A stretch of 64,000 nt of DNA, from assembly GCA_965113315.1 (NCBI GenBank), contig OZ220372.1. One strand, written 5' to 3'. Below are positions 63,270 to 64,000 of the stretch, one piece after another. The notes below the pieces were generated by a model. The model made no database searches, was not told the origin of the DNA, and was given only the letters and a program-made list of their open reading frames with translations. The DNA comes from Podarcis vaucheri. Taxonomy: Eukaryota. A program made the translations under genes and the position numbers. How positions within the stretch are numbered: position 1 is the stretch's first letter; every line of letters starts with the position of its first letter.

Positions 63270-64000
63270 CTGAATCAAACATCAAATATAAGTATAGTGT
63301 TTACAAAATGGACTGGAAAATCCAGTTTCTATGTTATCTTCATTATTTTAGTTATTCAGGGGAGAGATAACAGCTCGGCAATAAAAGTACATGCTTTGAA
63401 TAGAGAAGGCCCCAGATTAGTAGAACGTTAGAAGGACCTCTGCCCAAGTCCCTGAAGAACTGTTTGTTGCCAGTCAGAATAGATAAGACTGGGATACAAG
63501 GATAAATAGATTCATCATTTAGAAAGCAGTTTCTACTGCTAGATGGCATGTCCTTCATTAGCCTCAAATTTTATATCATTCCAGACTCTGCTACACCTCA
63601 TGAATAATAATAGCTCATTCCTAATTAAAACTGAAGAAGAAAAAATACTGCCTCCTTACACAGATTTAATGTTAAAACAGGAAGTCTAAACAACTTCGCC
63701 GCACTCCTGTGGAGCAAGCCAGCTACCTCTCTTGTTCACAGTAAAAATAACATAGTAATGAATGAATTTAAAAAATGCTTCAAGTTGTCAGTTTTGTCTC
63801 ACCACCATACTTCAGGGAGTTGTATGCCTGCTCTTACTTTTTAAAATGCCACGCATGCATTTATTAATTTAAACAGTTATGTGTTAAATGATTTTTTCTT
63901 CAATATTACAAGAGAAGTAAAAACTATTCAGGGGATGGGTTCTTCTTATATAAGCTAGTCCACTGGAACTGTGCACAGTTGAAACCTGCTGCAGACTCCT

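Overview
Vertebrate genomic DNA from a squamate reptile, probably a lacertid-type lizard (Sauria SINEs, Squam3-like SINEs, BovB and L2 LINE ends). The window holds the conserved ADSL-SGSM3-MRTFA block. (1) MRTFA/MKL1 on +: 5'-partial, 13 coding exons at 15595-26939, with RPEL2/3, B1/Q, SAP, leucine zipper and TAD. (2) SGSM3 on -: complete, 21 coding exons at 30854-47526, 2256 nt, 751 aa, TBC-SH3-RUN, with a putative promoter and first exon near 55.9-56.1 kb. (3) The last three exons of ADSL on - (59768-63269). All exon boundaries were read by hand and give continuous reading frames. The most notable observation is a 1415-bp hAT element (perfect 15-bp TIRs, 8-bp TSD) between ADSL and SGSM3. Its interior looks like a captured bidirectional CpG-island promoter with two first-exon splice donors, one pointing into SGSM3. 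Other points: interlocked poly(A) signals for the convergent MRTFA and SGSM3 ends, a 23-bp templated inverted insertion bracketing SGSM3 exons 2-3, a GC-AG intron, two MRTFA exons apparently absent from the mammalian gene, and a Tc2-type MITE with an internal 160-bp tandem array. Comparisons to human proteins are from memory, not from alignments.
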